NCBI GenBank assembly: GCA_963755025.1
Contig: CAVWIH010000030.1
Location: forward strand, 1-64,000
DNA length: 64,000 bases
Reading direction: 5' to 3'
From: an uncultured Actinomycetes bacterium
Lineage (GTDB): Bacteria; Actinomycetota; Thermoleophilia; UBA2241
Both the position numbers and the translations under genes were made by a program. Below the pieces are notes generated by a model. That model was not told the DNA's origin. It made no database searches and saw only the letters and a program-made list of their open reading frames with translations. This document shows, piece after piece, positions 54,464 through 64,000 of the stretch; position 1 is the stretch's first letter, and each line of letters opens with the position of its first letter.

Positions 54464-56131
54464 ATGAAGGATGGCCAGGCCATCATCGCCGAGATCGGCG
54501 CCACGATCGCCTCGACGCTCGAAGTCGGCGACGTCATGGCGACGATCGCGCGCCAGGTCGGCGAAGCCTTCGGCGTCTACTCGTGCGACATCCACCGCTA
54601 CGACCCCGAAGCCGACCTCCTCACCTACCTCGCCTTCTGGGACCTCGAGCTCGATCGCGGCGACGCCCCCTGGGTGTGCGAGTCGCACCACCAGGTGAGC
54701 CAGCAGGTGACCGGCGAGCCGTTCCACCCCGACCTGCGCCCCAGCTTCCTGCCCACCGTGCACGAAGGCAAGATGATCGAGGTGCACCGCGACGACCCCG
54801 GCCTTGCCGCCGCCGAGGCACGCGAGATGGATCGCTGGAGCGAAAAGTCCACGCTCGACGCGCCCCTGCAGTTCGACGGCCGCATCATCGGCGTCCTGGG
54901 CCTCGTCGAAACGCGCTCGTGCCGGCGCTTCAGCGCCGCCGAGAAGGAGCTGCTCTCGCAGATCGCGGCGCTGGCCGCCGTCGCCATCCGCAACGCCGAC
55001 CTCTTCGAGCGGCTCGACCGCCAGAACCGCTCGCTCAAGTCGCTGCTCGAAGCCAGCCGGGCGCTGACCTCCACGGTGGGCCTCGACGAGACCCTCACCG
55101 TCATGGCGCAGTCCGCGGCCGAGGCCCTCAAGGCGCCCGGCTGCGCCATCTACGAATACCTCGAGACCGACACCGCCCTCGTGCCGCGCACCTCGTACGG
55201 CGCGGTGCAGGTCGAGCCCGAGAACATCGCCATCCCGATCGCGCGCCACTCCGGCGACCGGCTGGCGCTGCTGCGCCGCGAGATCGTGCTGGAGCGTGTC
55301 ACCGACCACACGGTGCCGGCCGCCGTGCGCGACGCCATGAAGGCCTCGGGCGAGCTCACCCACCTTCACATCCCGCTCATCTTCGGCGACGAGCGGCTGG
55401 GCACGCTGCTCCTCGTCGAATCGTCGGCGGAGCGCGAGTTCACCACTTACGAGCTCGAGCTGGCGCGCGGCCTCGGCGAGCACGCCGCCGCCGCGCTGCA
55501 CGCCGGGCGCGCCTACCAGGCGGTGCAGCTCCAGGCGCTGACCGACGGTCTCACCGGCCTGTTCAACTACCGCCACCTGGGCAACCGCCTGCGCGAAGAG
55601 ACGGCCCGCTTTCGGCGCTACGCCACGCCGCTGTCGCTGCTCATGTTCGACGTCGACGACTTCAAGCGGTTCAACGACAAGTACGGCCACCAGGTCGGCG
55701 ACATGGCGCTCGTGGCGCTCGCCCGGGTGCTGCGCGACACGCTGCGCGCCGACATCGACATCATCTGCCGCTACGGCGGCGACGAGTTCGCCGCCCTGCT
55801 GCCCAACACCACCCTGCTGGCCGACGCCGAGAGCGCCGGCGGCCACGACGGGCTCGACGGCCACGAGAACCTGCGCGCCGAAGGCGCCCTCGCAACCGCC
55901 GAACGGCTGCGCACCGCGGTCGAACAGCACTGCCGCAACGCGGTGCAGCCCGCGCTGCCCGAAAGCATCACAGTGAGCATCGGGGTCTCGGCCGTGACCG
56001 ACCGGCCGCTCACGCCCGACGAGCTCGTCGCCGCCGCCGACAAGGCGCTCTACCTGGCCAAGCGCCGCGGCCAGAACCGCGTGGCCAGCTTCTGCCACGG
56101 CGGGCCGCTCGAAGCCGTCACGCCCGTTTAG
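54464..56131 (+). CDS. GAF-GAF-GGDEF diguanylate cyclase
   Basis: Two GAF-like repeats (APLQFDGRIIGVL, IPLIFGDERLGTL), TDGLTG, RADID (RxxD I-site) and RYGGDEF. Confidence 0.92.
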   Translation: MKDGQAIIAEIGATIASTLEVGDVMATIARQVGEAFGVYSCDIHRYDPEADLLTYLAFWDLELDRGDAPWVCESHHQVSQQVTGEPFHPDLRPSFLPTVHEGKMIEVHRDDPGLAAAEAREMDRWSEKSTLDAPLQFDGRIIGVLGLVETRSCRRFSAAEKELLSQIAALAAVAIRNADLFERLDRQNRSLKSLLEASRALTSTVGLDETLTVMAQSAAEALKAPGCAIYEYLETDTALVPRTSYGAVQVEPENIAIPIARHSGDRLALLRREIVLERVTDHTVPAAVRDAMKASGELTHLHIPLIFGDERLGTLLLVESSAEREFTTYELELARGLGEHAAAALHAGRAYQAVQLQALTDGLTGLFNYRHLGNRLREETARFRRYATPLSLLMFDVDDFKRFNDKYGHQVGDMALVALARVLRDTLRADIDIICRYGGDEFAALLPNTTLLADAESAGGHDGLDGHENLRAEGALATAERLRTAVEQHCRNAVQPALPESITVSIGVSAVTDRPLTPDELVAAADKALYLAKRRGQNRVASFCHGGPLEAVTPV

Positions 56132-57029
56132 GCCTCTCGTAGCGCTGCGCCTTCTCGTCCCAGCCGCCCAGGTCGACCGCGGCGCGGTAGGCGCTGCGTA
56201 GGAACTCCGCCACGACCGCCGCCGGGTCCATGCTCGCCCGCACCTCGTCGTAGGGCAGCACCCACTCGCCCATGGCCTCCACCCAGCCCGCCGCCGCGGG
56301 TTCGATGCGCGCGGTCGCGCAGCCGTCGGGCCGGGGGTGGATGTAGGCGTAGACGACGGCGTGCGGCGAGGCGTCGTCGCCGGGCCAGAGGCCGGCGTTC
56401 AGGTGCTCGGCGTCGAGGTCGTAGCGCATGATGTGCCCCACGCCCGCCGGCGGCGTCACCTGGCGGCCGGTGAAGAGCAGCACGGCCAGATCGCAGGCGC
56501 CCCACCAGAACTGCACGCCGGTCCTGCCGAAGAACGGCGAGCGGAACTCGTCGAACACGCCGTACAGCGAGCCCAGCAGCCGGTGAAAGCGCTGCGCCTG
56601 GTCAAGGTCGAAGGGCCGCGCCTCGTCGTCGTCGGCGAAGGGCGTGGCGTCGGCGATCTCCTGGGGCCTGTCGGAGAGCGGGGCGTCGACGCCGATCTGC
56701 CGCAGACCGGCCTGGAACTCCTCCCACACCGCGGCGACGCTGCGCTCGCCCACGAGCGCGACCTCGGCCGCCCGCGCGTCGCTCGCGCGCAGGCGCACGG
56801 CGCCGTCGAACAGGTCGATGGCGGCGTCGACCACCCGTCCGTGCCACGGCAGCGGTCCGGTCGCCAGGCCGCGGGCGCTCAGCTGCAGCCCCGTGTGCAG
56901 CCACTCGGGCTGGGCGGGATCGAGCGCGAGCTTGAGCTTGCCCAGCATCTGGGCGTAGAGGTGGAGCGCTTTCTTGGTCGGCGCCCACTCCTCGTAGGGC
57001 AGCTCCGGCCAGGGGTCGTGAACGATCAT
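56118..57029 (-). CDS. DUF5996-like conserved protein
   Basis: WPELPYEEW..T...LHL..Q..GK, FR..F.G, FWWG..DLA, GLWPG and YAY..P.P. Confidence 0.7.
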   Translation of the reverse strand: MIVHDPWPELPYEEWAPTKKALHLYAQMLGKLKLALDPAQPEWLHTGLQLSARGLATGPLPWHGRVVDAAIDLFDGAVRLRASDARAAEVALVGERSVAAVWEEFQAGLRQIGVDAPLSDRPQEIADATPFADDDEARPFDLDQAQRFHRLLGSLYGVFDEFRSPFFGRTGVQFWWGACDLAVLLFTGRQVTPPAGVGHIMRYDLDAEHLNAGLWPGDDASPHAVVYAYIHPRPDGCATARIEPAAAGWVEAMGEWVLPYDEVRASMDPAAVVAEFLRSAYRAAVDLGGWDEKAQRYERPKRA

Positions 57030-57211
57030 CGTGCGCCTCCCGGGGGATCGGTCTCTCGCGGGCCATCCTTTCTTGGCAACGCCTGTCGGAAACCTGCGAG
57101 GCTGCCACTAGCGTCAACGTACGTAACGGCTCCTTGACGACGACCGAAGCGCGGTGTAAAAGCCGGTCAAGCTCACCCATCGAGACCGGCCGAAACCACG
57201 GGGGGAACGTC

Positions 57212-59452
57212 ATGTCGCCTAGCCTCAGCCGTCGAGCGCTGCCTTCCCTCGTGATCGTCGCGATAGCTGGGGCGGCGCTCGCGGTGCTGGGAGCGCTCGC
57301 CGCGCCCTCGATCGCCGCGGCGTCGGTGTCGACCGGCGACGGCAGCTGGGTGTGGCAGAACCCGCAGCCCGTGGCGTCTTCATCGACGCCGTGAGCTTCG
57401 TGTCGGCCACCCAGGGCTGGGCGGTCGGCGACGGCGGCGCCGTCCTCCTCACCATGAACGGCGGCGCCACCTGGACCGCCGAGCACTCGGGCACCAGCGC
57501 CCGCCTGTCCGGAGTCGACTTCACCGACGCGCTGCACGGCTGGGCGGTCGGCCAGTCCGGCAGCGACGGTCTTGTGCTGGCGACCGCGAACGGCGGCCTG
57601 TCCTGGCGCGGGCAGCACACGATCGCCGGCTACGGGCTCGTCGGGGTCGCCTTCGCCGACGCCCGACACGGCTGGGCAGTGGGCGAATGCGGCACGGTGA
57701 TCGCCACCACCGACGGCGGCGCGCACTGGAAGGCGCAGTCGGGCCCGGTCACCGACAGCGTGTACGGCGTCGCCTGCTCCGGCACGCTGCGGGCCTGGGT
57801 CGCAAGCGACAGCGGCCAGATCGAGGCGACGACCGACGGCGGCAAGCACTGGAAGCTCCAGGGTGTCGGCGTCACCGACGAAGACCTGAACGCCGTGACC
57901 TTCGTCAACGCACGCGACGGCTGGGCGGTCGGCGGAGACGGGGCGATCATGGCCACGACCCACGGCGGCACGCACTGGAGGCTGCAGGGCGCCGGCGTCA
58001 CGTCGCAGTACCTGAGCGACATCTCCTTCCGCGACGCCCTGCATGGCTACGCGGTCGGCAACACGGGCACCGTGCTGCGCACGTCCAACGGCGGCAGGGC
58101 GTGGACCCTGGCGAGCTCGCCCACCACGGTCAGCCTCGGCGCGGTCGCGGCGACGGCGTCGGGCAGGGCCTGCGTGGTGGGGCGCAACGGGGTCTCGCTG
58201 CTCACCACCAACGGCGGCGGTACCTGGACCCCGCACGGCGGGCAGGGCCCAACGAGCGAGCTCGACGCGGTGAGCTTTCCCGACGCGCTCGACGGCTGGA
58301 CCACGGGCAACGGCGGAGCCACCGTACTACACACCGCCGACGGTGGCGCCACGTGGACGCCTCAGACCGTCGACCCGGCGGCGGCGCTGAGGAGCGTAGC
58401 GCTTCTGCGACGCACAGCACGGCTGGGCGGTCGGCCAGGCCGGCGAGATCTACGGCACCACCGACGGCGGGCAGAGCTGGCAGCCGCAAGGCGCGGGAGC
58501 GACGACGCAGGTCCTCGACGACGTGGCCACGACCGACGCCCAGCACGCCTGGGCGACCGGCGAGGACGGCACCATCGTCGCCACGACCGACGGCGGGCAG
58601 ACCTGGACGCCGCAGAACGCGGACCTTCCGACCCTCTACTCCACCGACGTGGTGTACAAGGTGGCGTTCGCCGACGACCAGGTCGGCTGGGCTGCAGCCT
58701 TCAACGACGCGGCGGGCGACCGCGACGGCGCCATCCTGGGCACGACCGACGGCGGCGCGCACTGGGCCGTGCAGTACCAGAACGACGGCGACGAGATCTA
58801 CGGCGTGGCCTGCGCGGGCACGCACGACGCCTGGGTCGTGCCGGGCACGAACAGTACCGTGCACCGCACCACCGACGGCGGCGCGACCTGGACCACGGTC
58901 GGCCTCGGCGCGCTCAGCAACGGCGTGCTCAACGTCGCCTTTGCCCCCGACGCGCTCCACGGCTGGGCGACCATCTGGCGGCCGCTCGACGGCGTCATCG
59001 CCACCACCGACGGCGGCGCCACCTGGGCCCTCCAGGACGTGGGGGCGGGGCAGTCGCTGTACGGCCTCACCTGCGCCGACGCGAGCCACGCCTGGGTCAC
59101 CGGCGAAGACGGCGGGATCCTGGCGACGGCTACCGGCGGCGTGCGCGACGCCACGCGGCCAAAGACGCTCGCGCTGCGCGCCGTCACGGTCAGGCGCGAT
59201 CGCGTCTGCAGCCTGCCCTACGAGGTGAGCGACGCGGGCGGCGGCACGGCCCTGGTCGTCATCGAGATCAAGACCGCCCACGGCGCGCTGGTCCGTTCGT
59301 TCACCCTCGGCTCGCGCGCCGAGAACACGCGCCTGTCGCTGTCGCTCAAGGCGACGATGGCGAAGGGCGGCTACCGCTGGTACGTCTATGCGAGCGACGC
59401 CGCCGGCAACACGCAGTCAAGCGTGGGGATGGCCAAGCTGACCGTCAAGTAG
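57212..59452 (+). CDS. Secreted YCF48/BNR-repeat beta-propeller protein with Ig-like C-terminus (frameshifts near 57370 and 58400)
   Basis: Signal peptide, many GWAVG...TTDGG..W repeats, and C-terminal D.TRP.T...A.DAAGN. Confidence 0.85.
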
Positions 59453-59467
59453 AGGGAGAGACCTGGC

Positions 59468-61245
59468 TCAGCCGCGGCGGCTCGCGCGCGGCACGGTCGC
59501 GATGGGCATGCGCCAGCCCATGCCGAACGCCCGGTCGGTGACCTTGATGCCGGGCGCCGCCTGCTTGCGCTTGAACTCGTTCACCGCGACGAGGCGCACG
59601 ACGCGCGCCACGATCGCCTCGTCGTAGCCCCGCGCGGCGATCTCGGCCACGCCCAGATGCTCCTCGATGAGCAGGGCGAGGATGGCGTCGAGCACCTCGT
59701 AGGGCGGCAGGCTGTCCTGGTCTGTCTGATCGGGGCGCAGCTCGGCCGAAGGCGGCTTGTCGATGATCGCCCGCGGCACAACCTCGGCGTCGCGCCGTTC
59801 GTTCAGCCAGCGCGCCACCGCGTAGACCATGGTCTTGGGCACGTCCGAGATGACCGCGAGCCCGCCCGACATGTCGCCGTAGATGGTGCAGTAGCCCACG
59901 GCGAGCTCCGACTTGTTGCCCGTGGTGAGCAGCAGCGCGTCGAACTTGTTGGACAGCGCCATGAGCAGGTTGCCGCGTATGCGCGCCTGGATGTTCTCTT
60001 CGGTGACGTCCGGCGCGAGTCCGGCGAACACGGGCGCAAGCGCGGTGTCGTAGGCGCCCATGAGGTCGGCGATGGGCAGCGTCACGGTGCGCAACCCGAG
60101 GCCGTCGGCCAGAGCCTGAGCGTCGCTCACGCTGCCCGCGCTCGAGTACGGCGAGGGCATGAGCACGGCGAGCACGTTGTCGGGGCCGAGCGCCTCGGCG
60201 GCCACGGCGGCCACCAGGGCCGAGTCGATGCCGCCCGACAGGCCGAGCAGCACGCTGGTAAAGCCGCTCTTGCTCACGTAGTCGCGCACGCCCAGAACGA
60301 GCGCGCGCCACACCTCGGCGGCCGGCGTGAAGTCGTCGGGGGCCAGCGCGGCCGGGCGGGCGGCGGGCTCAGGCCCTGAAGCGCCCGCCGAGCGCGCGGC
60401 GCCTGCCGAGTCGCGCGGCGCCTGCTGAGCGCGCGGCGCCTGCCGAGCGCGCGGCGCCGCTGCGAGCCCAGCCCGCCCAACTCGTCGAGGTCGACGACCA
60501 TCACGTCGGGCGCGAAGGCCGCGGCGCGCGCGACGAGCTCGCCGCCGGCGGCGAAGGCGCAGCTGCGGCCGTCGAAGACGAGCTCGTCGGCGCCGCCCAC
60601 CTGGTTGACGTAGATCACCGGCACGCCGTGCTTGCGCGCGATGGCGCCGAGCATGGCCTCGCGGTGGCGCTGCTTGCCTATGCTGAACGGCGACGCCGAG
60701 AGGTTGAGGACGCACGAGGCGCCGGCGGCCACGAGGTCGTCGACCGGGTCGCTGTGGTAGCGCGGCCGCTGCCAGAAGTCGCGGTCGTTCCAGACGTCTT
60801 CGCAGACCGAGATGCCGAAGCGCAGGCCGTCCCAGGCGAGCACCTGCGGCCCGCCGGCCGGCTCGAAGTAGCGGTCTTCGTCGAAGACGTCGTAGGTGGG
60901 CAGCAGCGTCTTGCGAAACACCCGGCGCACGGTGCCGCCGGCGAGCAGCGCGGCGGCGTTGTAGAGCGGCTTGCCGGCGCCCTCGTTGGTCTCGGCCAGA
61001 CCGAGCAGGAGCGCCGGCCCGCCCGCCAGCGCGCGGGCGAGCTCTTCGCACACGGCCCAGCCGCGCGCCACGAACGCGCGCCGCAGCAGCAGGTCGCGCG
61101 GCGGATAGCCCAGCAACGAGAGCTCCGAGGCCACGGCAAGGCCGGCCCCCGCGCGAGCGGCCACGGCGGCCGCGTCGGCGAGCAGGGCGGCATTGCCCTC
61201 GATGTCGCCCACCGTCGGGTCGATCTGCAGGAGCGCCAGCTTCAT
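59468..61245 (-). CDS. nadE: Glutamine-dependent NAD+ synthetase (frameshift near 60410 inside a repeat)
   Basis: Nitrilase domain ([29 protein letters not shown]) plus synthetase ([34 protein letters not shown]). Confidence 0.93.
60388..60460. repeat. 18-bp tandem repeat, about 4 copies, in the NadE interdomain linker
   Basis: GAGCGCGCGGCGCCTGCC units, one carrying an extra T that shifts the frame. Confidence 0.8.
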
Positions 61246-61419
61246 AGCTGGGCACGCTATCACGCCTGCCGCCGCGCCGCTCGGTAGCGCGCCCTCGCGC
61301 ACACGATGGGCGGCGACCATCGGGGCCATAACGGCCGCGACGGAAGCGCGGTAGAGTAGTCGCGACACTCCTCCGGCGAGTGTCGGGCGAGGGCAACGAG
61401 GGGTCGAAAGGTGGTCGGC

Positions 61420-62131
61420 ATGCACGAGCACGAGAGGCGCCGCCACGTCACACGACGGGTCGTCGCACGACGGGCCGTCACACGACGGGCCGGTCATCGG
61501 CGAGCGGCGCTGGCCCATGGCCGCGGCCGTGCTGGCGGTGATCGCTCTGACGATCCTGCTGCCGAACAGCCTCGTGGTGCGCCCGCGCTGGGGCGTGCCC
61601 ATCGTCGAGGCCATCCTGCTCGTGGCGGTGATGATCGGCGACCCGGGCAAGATCGACCGGCGCTCGCGGCCGGTGCGCACGCTCTCGGTCACGCTCATCG
61701 CGCTGCTCGTGGCCACGACCCTGTGGTGCACGGGAGAGCTCATCGTCCAGCTCATCCGCGGCGGCTCCGCGACCAACTCGGCGGGGCTGCTGCTGGCCGC
61801 CGGGGGCCTCGTCTGGGCTTCGAACGTGATCGCCTTCGGCCTGCTCTACTGGGAGCTCGACAGCGGCGGCCCGGCGGTGCGCGCCCACGGCCTGCCGCGC
61901 TACCCGAGCTTCGCCTTTCCCGAGCAGCTCACCCCCGAGCTCGCGCCGCCCGACTGGCGCCCGCGCTTCATCGACTACCTCTACCTGGGCTTCACGAGCG
62001 CCACCGCGTTCAGTCCGACCGACACCATGCCCATGCGCCCCTGGGCTAAAGTCGCCATGATGCTCCAGTCGAGCATCTCGCTCGTGCTCCTCGGCCTCGT
62101 GGTGGCGCGCGCCGTCAACGTGCTGAAGTAA
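61420..62131 (+). CDS. DUF1345-like membrane protein (paralog 2); N-terminus likely frameshifted, with SHDG repeated 3 times
   Basis: [17 protein letters not shown] and DYLYLGF...AFSPTDTMP. The in-frame ORF starts at 61517. Confidence 0.78.
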
Positions 62132-64000
62132 CGACGGGGATACGGCCCGTGAAGATGTTGCCGGTGCGGCCGTCGATCGACAGCCAGTCGCCGGCGCGCA
62201 GCTCGGTGCCCGCCAGGCGCGCCACTCCTTCGCGCTCCACGACCTCGAGGTCGCGGCAGTCGACCACGGCGGTCTTGCCCAGGCGCTTGGCCGTGACGGC
62301 GGCGTGCGAGGTGGCCCCGCCGCGCGCCGTGAGGATGGCGTCGACCCGGGTGATGATGGCGATGTCTTCGGGCACCGTGTCGGGGCGCAGCAGCACGATG
62401 TCGTCGCCCGGCGACTCGGCCAGCAGCTCCTCGATCTGCCGGGCGTCGACCGCCACCCGCCCCGAGTAGGCGCCGCCCGCGACCCCCGTGCCGACGGCGA
62501 CCGGAGGCCCGTAGTTCGGCGAGGTGGTGTCGAAGTAGGCCGAGTCTCTGGCCTGCTCCTGCACGACGGCGCGCTTCTGCAGCACGAAGAGGTCGTCGGC
62601 CGCCGGCGACTCGAAGGTGAACTCGATCTCCTGGGGGTCGTAGTCGTGCTCGTCGACCAGCTCGCGAGCGACCGCCAGCAACCTGCCGTAGATCGCCGGG
62701 AAGTCGTGTTCGAGGGAGTGCGCCGCGCCGCGGTAGGTGGGACTGCCCAGGCGCTGCGCCTCGGAGACCGGCAGCGGGAACACGAGGCCGCCGACCAGGT
62801 CTTCGCCCTGGCTGCGCACGGCGTAGTCGCCGAACAGCCGCACCTGGTGGCTGTAAGGCTCGAGCGGGTTGTGCGTGAACGCCACCCCCGAGCCCGACTC
62901 GCGGCTCAGGTTGCCGAAGACCATGCGCTGCACGACCACGGCCGTGCCCCACTCCTCGGCCACGCCGATGTACTGCCGGAAGAGCCGTGCGTGCGCCGAG
63001 TCCCACGACTCGAGCACCTTGAACACGCAGGCCACGAGCTGGTCGAAGGGATCGTCGACGAACTCCACGCCCGCCTGCCGCGCCCGCTCTTTGTAGGCAA
63101 AGGCGATCTCGCGCATCTGCGCGGCGCTGAAGTCGAGCTTCTGGGCCACGGCGTAGCGGTCTTTGAACTCGGTCATGATGGCGTCGAACACGTCGCGCTC
63201 GACGCCCGACGACATGGCCCACGACTGCAGGAAGCGCCGGTAGCTGTCCCAGGCGGCCCACGTCAGCCGGGGCTCGTCGGCGAGCGCCGCCGCGAGCTCG
63301 TCGTTCAGGCCCACGTTGACGAAGGTCGTCATGAGGCCGGGCATCGACACGGCGGCGCCGGAGCGGATCGAGAGCAGCAGGGCGTGCGCCGGGTCGCCGA
63401 GGCGCAGCCCGGTCGCCGCCTCGAGCTCCCCCAGAGCGGCACGGATGCGCTCGATGGTGTCGTCGTAGAGCGGCCGGTACGACATCGCCGGCAGGGCGCT
63501 GAAGAGCTCGGTGCTGAGCACGAAGCCCTCGGGCACGTTGTGCCCGTACGACGCCATCTGCTTGAGCCCCAGGCCCTTGAAGCCCAGCGTGCGCTGGTCG
63601 TCGGTGCCCGGCTTGGCCCGGTGCAGCGGCGACACCAGGCGTTCGGGGTCGTAGTTCATCATGCGGGTCAGGGCCTGGCCGCTGAGCCGCCCGTTCAGCA
63701 GGGAGATCTCGCGCAGCGCCGCCGCGGCGTAGCGGTCGAGGGCCTGCATGCCGAGCGCCGACACGAGGACGTCGCGCAGCACCATCTCGGCGACGGCGTC
63801 GACCGTGAGGCCGCGCGCTTCGCACTGCCGCGTGTCGTTGCTGAGCACGGTGTGCAACACCTGGTCGTGGCTCGCCACGGCGTGCGTCGAGAGCTCGGTC
63901 ACGCTGTTGACCAGGAACTGGAACACGTTCTGGTACTGGCCGAAGGTGAAGTTGTGGCTGCCGAAGCTCGAGTCGAGCATGTCGAGGTTGGTCTCGAGCA
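62115..64000 (-). CDS. PPDK-like protein (ATP-grasp domain plus terminal phospho-His swivel domain), 5' part outside the window
   Basis: LGFKG..L, VPEGF, LLLSIRSG..SMPGLM, QRMVFGN..SGSGV.FT, QGEDLV and TARGGATSHAAV. The ORF ends right after the swivel domain. Confidence 0.85.
   Translation of the reverse strand, partial: LETNLDMLDSSFGSHNFTFGQYQNVFQFLVNSVTELSTHAVASHDQVLHTVLSNDTRQCEARGLTVDAVAEMVLRDVLVSALGMQALDRYAAAALREISLLNGRLSGQALTRMMNYDPERLVSPLHRAKPGTDDQRTLGFKGLGLKQMASYGHNVPEGFVLSTELFSALPAMSYRPLYDDTIERIRAALGELEAATGLRLGDPAHALLLSIRSGAAVSMPGLMTTFVNVGLNDELAAALADEPRLTWAAWDSYRRFLQSWAMSSGVERDVFDAIMTEFKDRYAVAQKLDFSAAQMREIAFAYKERARQAGVEFVDDPFDQLVACVFKVLESWDSAHARLFRQYIGVAEEWGTAVVVQRMVFGNLSRESGSGVAFTHNPLEPYSHQVRLFGDYAVRSQGEDLVGGLVFPLPVSEAQRLGSPTYRGAAHSLEHDFPAIYGRLLAVARELVDEHDYDPQEIEFTFESPAADDLFVLQKRAVVQEQARDSAYFDTTSPNYGPPVAVGTGVAGGAYSGRVAVDARQIEELLAESPGDDIVLLRPDTVPEDIAIITRVDAILTARGGATSHAAVTAKRLGKTAVVDCRDLEVVEREGVARLAGTELRAGDWLSIDGRTGNIFTGRIPVVTSAR

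Noticed and set aside
60388-60460. Programmed frameshift or phase variation in nadE
   Set aside because: The repeat unit is a multiple of 3, and the shift is a single extra base like the many other probable sequencing indels.

Overview
Very GC-rich, gene-dense chromosomal segment. Gene content and style suggest an Actinomycetota genome, possibly Thermoleophilia (inference only). Many genes are broken by single-base indels, which looks like an unpolished long-read assembly, so several CDSs are reconstructed across frameshifts. No rRNA, tRNA, CRISPR, integrase or transposase is visible. Content in order: a Tat-exported DMSO-reductase-family molybdoenzyme operon (catalytic subunit, DmsB-like, NrfD-like, TorD-like, polyferredoxin) behind a Moco riboswitch and an FNR-like palindrome; a secreted cell-wall hydrolase; a sigma70; PBP1/LCP; an MFS-spermidine synthase fusion; ku-ligD; MFS transporters; sepF; yajC; ftsH; a degenerate HtrA-like lipoprotein; a DesK/DesR-ABC module; a GGDEF protein; pntAB; dtxR-feoB plus an MsrP-like Mo protein; a fluoride riboswitch with a cation:proton antiporter; hutH; copCD; csp-rpsR; SPFH; an ArsC-like protein; a second sigma70; pirin; a GrdB/PrdB-like selenoprotein with in-frame UGA and SECIS; a GAF-GAF-GGDEF protein; a YCF48-like protein; nadE; and a truncated PPDK-like protein. 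The most interesting signals lie outside the ORF track: the orphan UxxC selenoprotein, two riboswitches, a shared 18-bp direct-repeat operator, sigma28-like promoters before both diguanylate cyclases, an internal Tat motif in a membrane Mo protein, tandem echo repeats at gene ends, and several housekeeping genes outside their usual operons.
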